Made by a program: the position numbers and the translations under genes | The notes under the pieces: model-generated | Told to the model about the DNA's origin: nothing | Seen by the model: the letters and a program-made list of their open reading frames with translations, nothing else | Database searches by the model: none | Part shown: one piece after another, positions 62,155 through 64,000 of the stretch | How positions within the stretch are numbered: the first letter of the stretch is position 1 | Layout: each line of letters starts with the position of its first letter | Source: Cenococcum geophilum | Lineage: Eukaryota | Length of the DNA stretch: 64,000 bases | Assembly (NCBI GenBank): GCA_050273025.1 | Contig: CP158636.1 | Coordinates: forward strand, 558,001-622,000 | Reading direction: 5' to 3'

Positions 62155-63204
62155 TTTAGTCTCTAAGGGGCTAAAAGGGGTATATCCTTTAGTGTCCTCC
62201 TATTAGATCTTATATACTATTTAGAACTACTAAAAAACTCCTTAGCCTATAAGCTATATTAATACTACTTATAGGCCCCTACTTATAGAGAGTATAAGTA
62301 ATATTATTTATATCTATATTAGTAAATAGCTAGTACCTTACTAAGTAGTAGCTATAGAAAAGTAGTATATAGTATACTAACTAAATAGGCTATCTATAAG
62401 CGTATTAAGGTATAGTATTTAGAATATAGATACTTACTAGCTATATATTTAGGCTTAAAATCTCTATCTATAGTAGGAAGGCGGCTATAGATTTTACCTT
62501 TATTAGTCCTTTATATAGGAGGAGTATTAGTATTAACTATAAGGTATTCTATATAGCTACGTCTTATATTTTTACTACCTCCTTCTATTATCGCTTCTAT
62601 TTAAGGTCTATCTATTTTATAATAAGTATAGTAGATCTCTATCTATACTAATAGCCTCTTATCCTCTATTACTATAGTAGTACTCTACTAGTATAGCGCT
62701 AGGTCTCTACCTAGTAAGCTAGTAGTTCCTATATTTTCTTTTCTTTCTTTACTACTTATAGGTAGAGGGCTTCCTAGCTAGTATACTTAGGCGTATTGCC
62801 TTTTTAAGGGGCCCTTAATCCTTATATACGTTTTAGTATTTAGTATATATTTTCTTTTACTAGGTAGCCTTATACTATAACTATTCTCTATATAGTAGTT
62901 ATATTAATATATAAGTCTACTAGTAAAACTACTACTTTATGTTCTATTATAGCGCGTAGTGTTCTCTTATAAACCCCTATAGTTTTATATAGGTACTAGT
63001 TTTATAGCTTAGCTAATAGCGCTAAAGAGCTTTTTATTAATACCTTACTACCTAGTCCTAGGCCCTAGATCTAGGAGCCGTATAGTATTATTAGCCTTAT
63101 TATAAATAAATAAATAAATATCTATATAATTTCCTATATAATTATTTCTATAAATTCTATAATTAATTACTAGTATAAAAATATATATCTATACGCCTAT
63201 ATAT

Positions 63205-63602
63205 TTATATAAAGCTCTATATAAGGCTCTATATAAAGCTCCGCTTAAAGCTCTACTTAAAGCTCTACTTAAAGCTCTGCTTAAAGCTCTGCTTAAAGCT
63301 CCTTAAAGCTCTGCATAAGGCTCTGCTTAAAGCTCTGCATAAGGCTCTATACGAAGCTCTGTATAAAGCTTTGCATAAAGCTTTATATAAAGCTCTACGT
63401 ATGGAGGCTCTACACGAAGCTTTGCACGAAGCTCTGCGTACGGAGGCTCTGTATAAAGCTCTGTATAAAGCTCTGTATGAAGCTCTACAGAAGCTTTACA
63501 CGAAGCCCTACGCGGAGCTCTGCGTGGGGCTCTGCGTAAGCCTCTACTAAAGCTTTACATAAGGCTTTATTAAAGCTCTGTGTGAGGCTCTACCTAAAGC
63601 TT
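63205..63602 (+). repeat. 12-bp minisatellite (ACGAAGCTCTGC type, partly RIP-mutated); probable continuation of 32952-33830
   Basis: (YRAAGCTCTRCW)n including CTGCGTACGGAGGCT at ~63435. Confidence 0.9.
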
Positions 63603-64000
63603 ACCCCCTTCTATAAAGCAAATCTATACCTACTAGTAGTCCTTAGTTATTATTTAAAGCCGGCTCGTCGGTTTGGATACTCTAGCTACGGTAGGAAAAG
63701 GTTATGGGAAAGGTGCGGCTGCTACGACTTGGGGGCGTTAGGCGCGACAATGAGATAATGAATTAGAATCGGGCAAATCGGGCAACGTAGTCTTCTTCGC
63801 TAGGTTTGATTTAGTAATTCTAGCTATTAGGAATAGCTTAGGGAGCTATAGAAGTTAAGATAATTTGGCTTAAAGTAGGTATATATAGGCCTAAATACCC
63901 CGCGCGGGACTAATAAAAATCCGAACCGTGTACTAGACCTTCTAATGAAGGTCTTGTTAAAAGCGGCTAGCGGCTTGGCAAGGTAAGCCTTGGTAAGAAG

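Larger units (their letters stand above)
55767..63103 (-). mobile_element. LINE 3' fragment forming the right arm of the inverted duplication (55767-55963 + 62160-63103)
   Basis: Reverse complement of 54500-55759 once the Gypsy insertion is removed. Confidence 0.75.
32502..64000. mobile_element. Internally deleted family-A AcademH-like element; right TIR runs off the window
   Basis: 32502-32955 matches 15338-15975 (left end). 63650-64000 matches 32070-32430 (transposase start and right end). The coding core is replaced by a minisatellite and nested TEs. Confidence 0.85.

Noticed and set aside
1..64000. Alternative genetic code with TAA/TAG read-through
   Set aside because: The stops replace Gln, Trp and Arg codons and come with other C->T / G->A missense changes in catalytic motifs, which is the RIP pattern.

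Overview
This window is a eukaryotic, RIP-mutated transposon nest from a filamentous ascomycete. TpA is strongly enriched, CpA/TpG is depleted, and the stops are CAA/CAG/TGG converted to TAA/TAG. I found no intact host gene, and the long ORFs in the track are artefacts of 12-bp minisatellites. Target-site duplications (TSDs) allow most of the nesting to be rebuilt. From the left: the right end of an Academ-like DNA transposon (family B, 1-2547), a full-length Tad1-like LINE (2971-8529), and a gag-only GalEa-type Copia element starting at 9892. The 3' LTR of that Copia is split by two large insertions. The first is a non-autonomous Academ-like family-B element (12534-32478, perfect 9-bp TSD). 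It contains a pogo-like element and a ~17-kb AcademH-like family-A transposon (15338-32447) with a RecQ-like helicase and a DUF6589-type transposase in convergent orientation, and between them two tandem Gypsy 3' halves carrying an extra dioxygenase-like ORF. The second is an internally deleted family-A copy (32502 to beyond 64000) filled with LINE fragments, a self-priming TRIM, a solo LTR, two Copia elements, two chromoviral Gypsy elements and a MITE. The most interesting signals are the AcademH-like system (hairpin termini, clustered targeting, shared minisatellite filler), the Gypsy accessory ORF, a 40-bp palindromic cassette shared by unrelated retrotransposons, and the TRIM. All protein calls come from manual translation through RIP stops; no database search was run.
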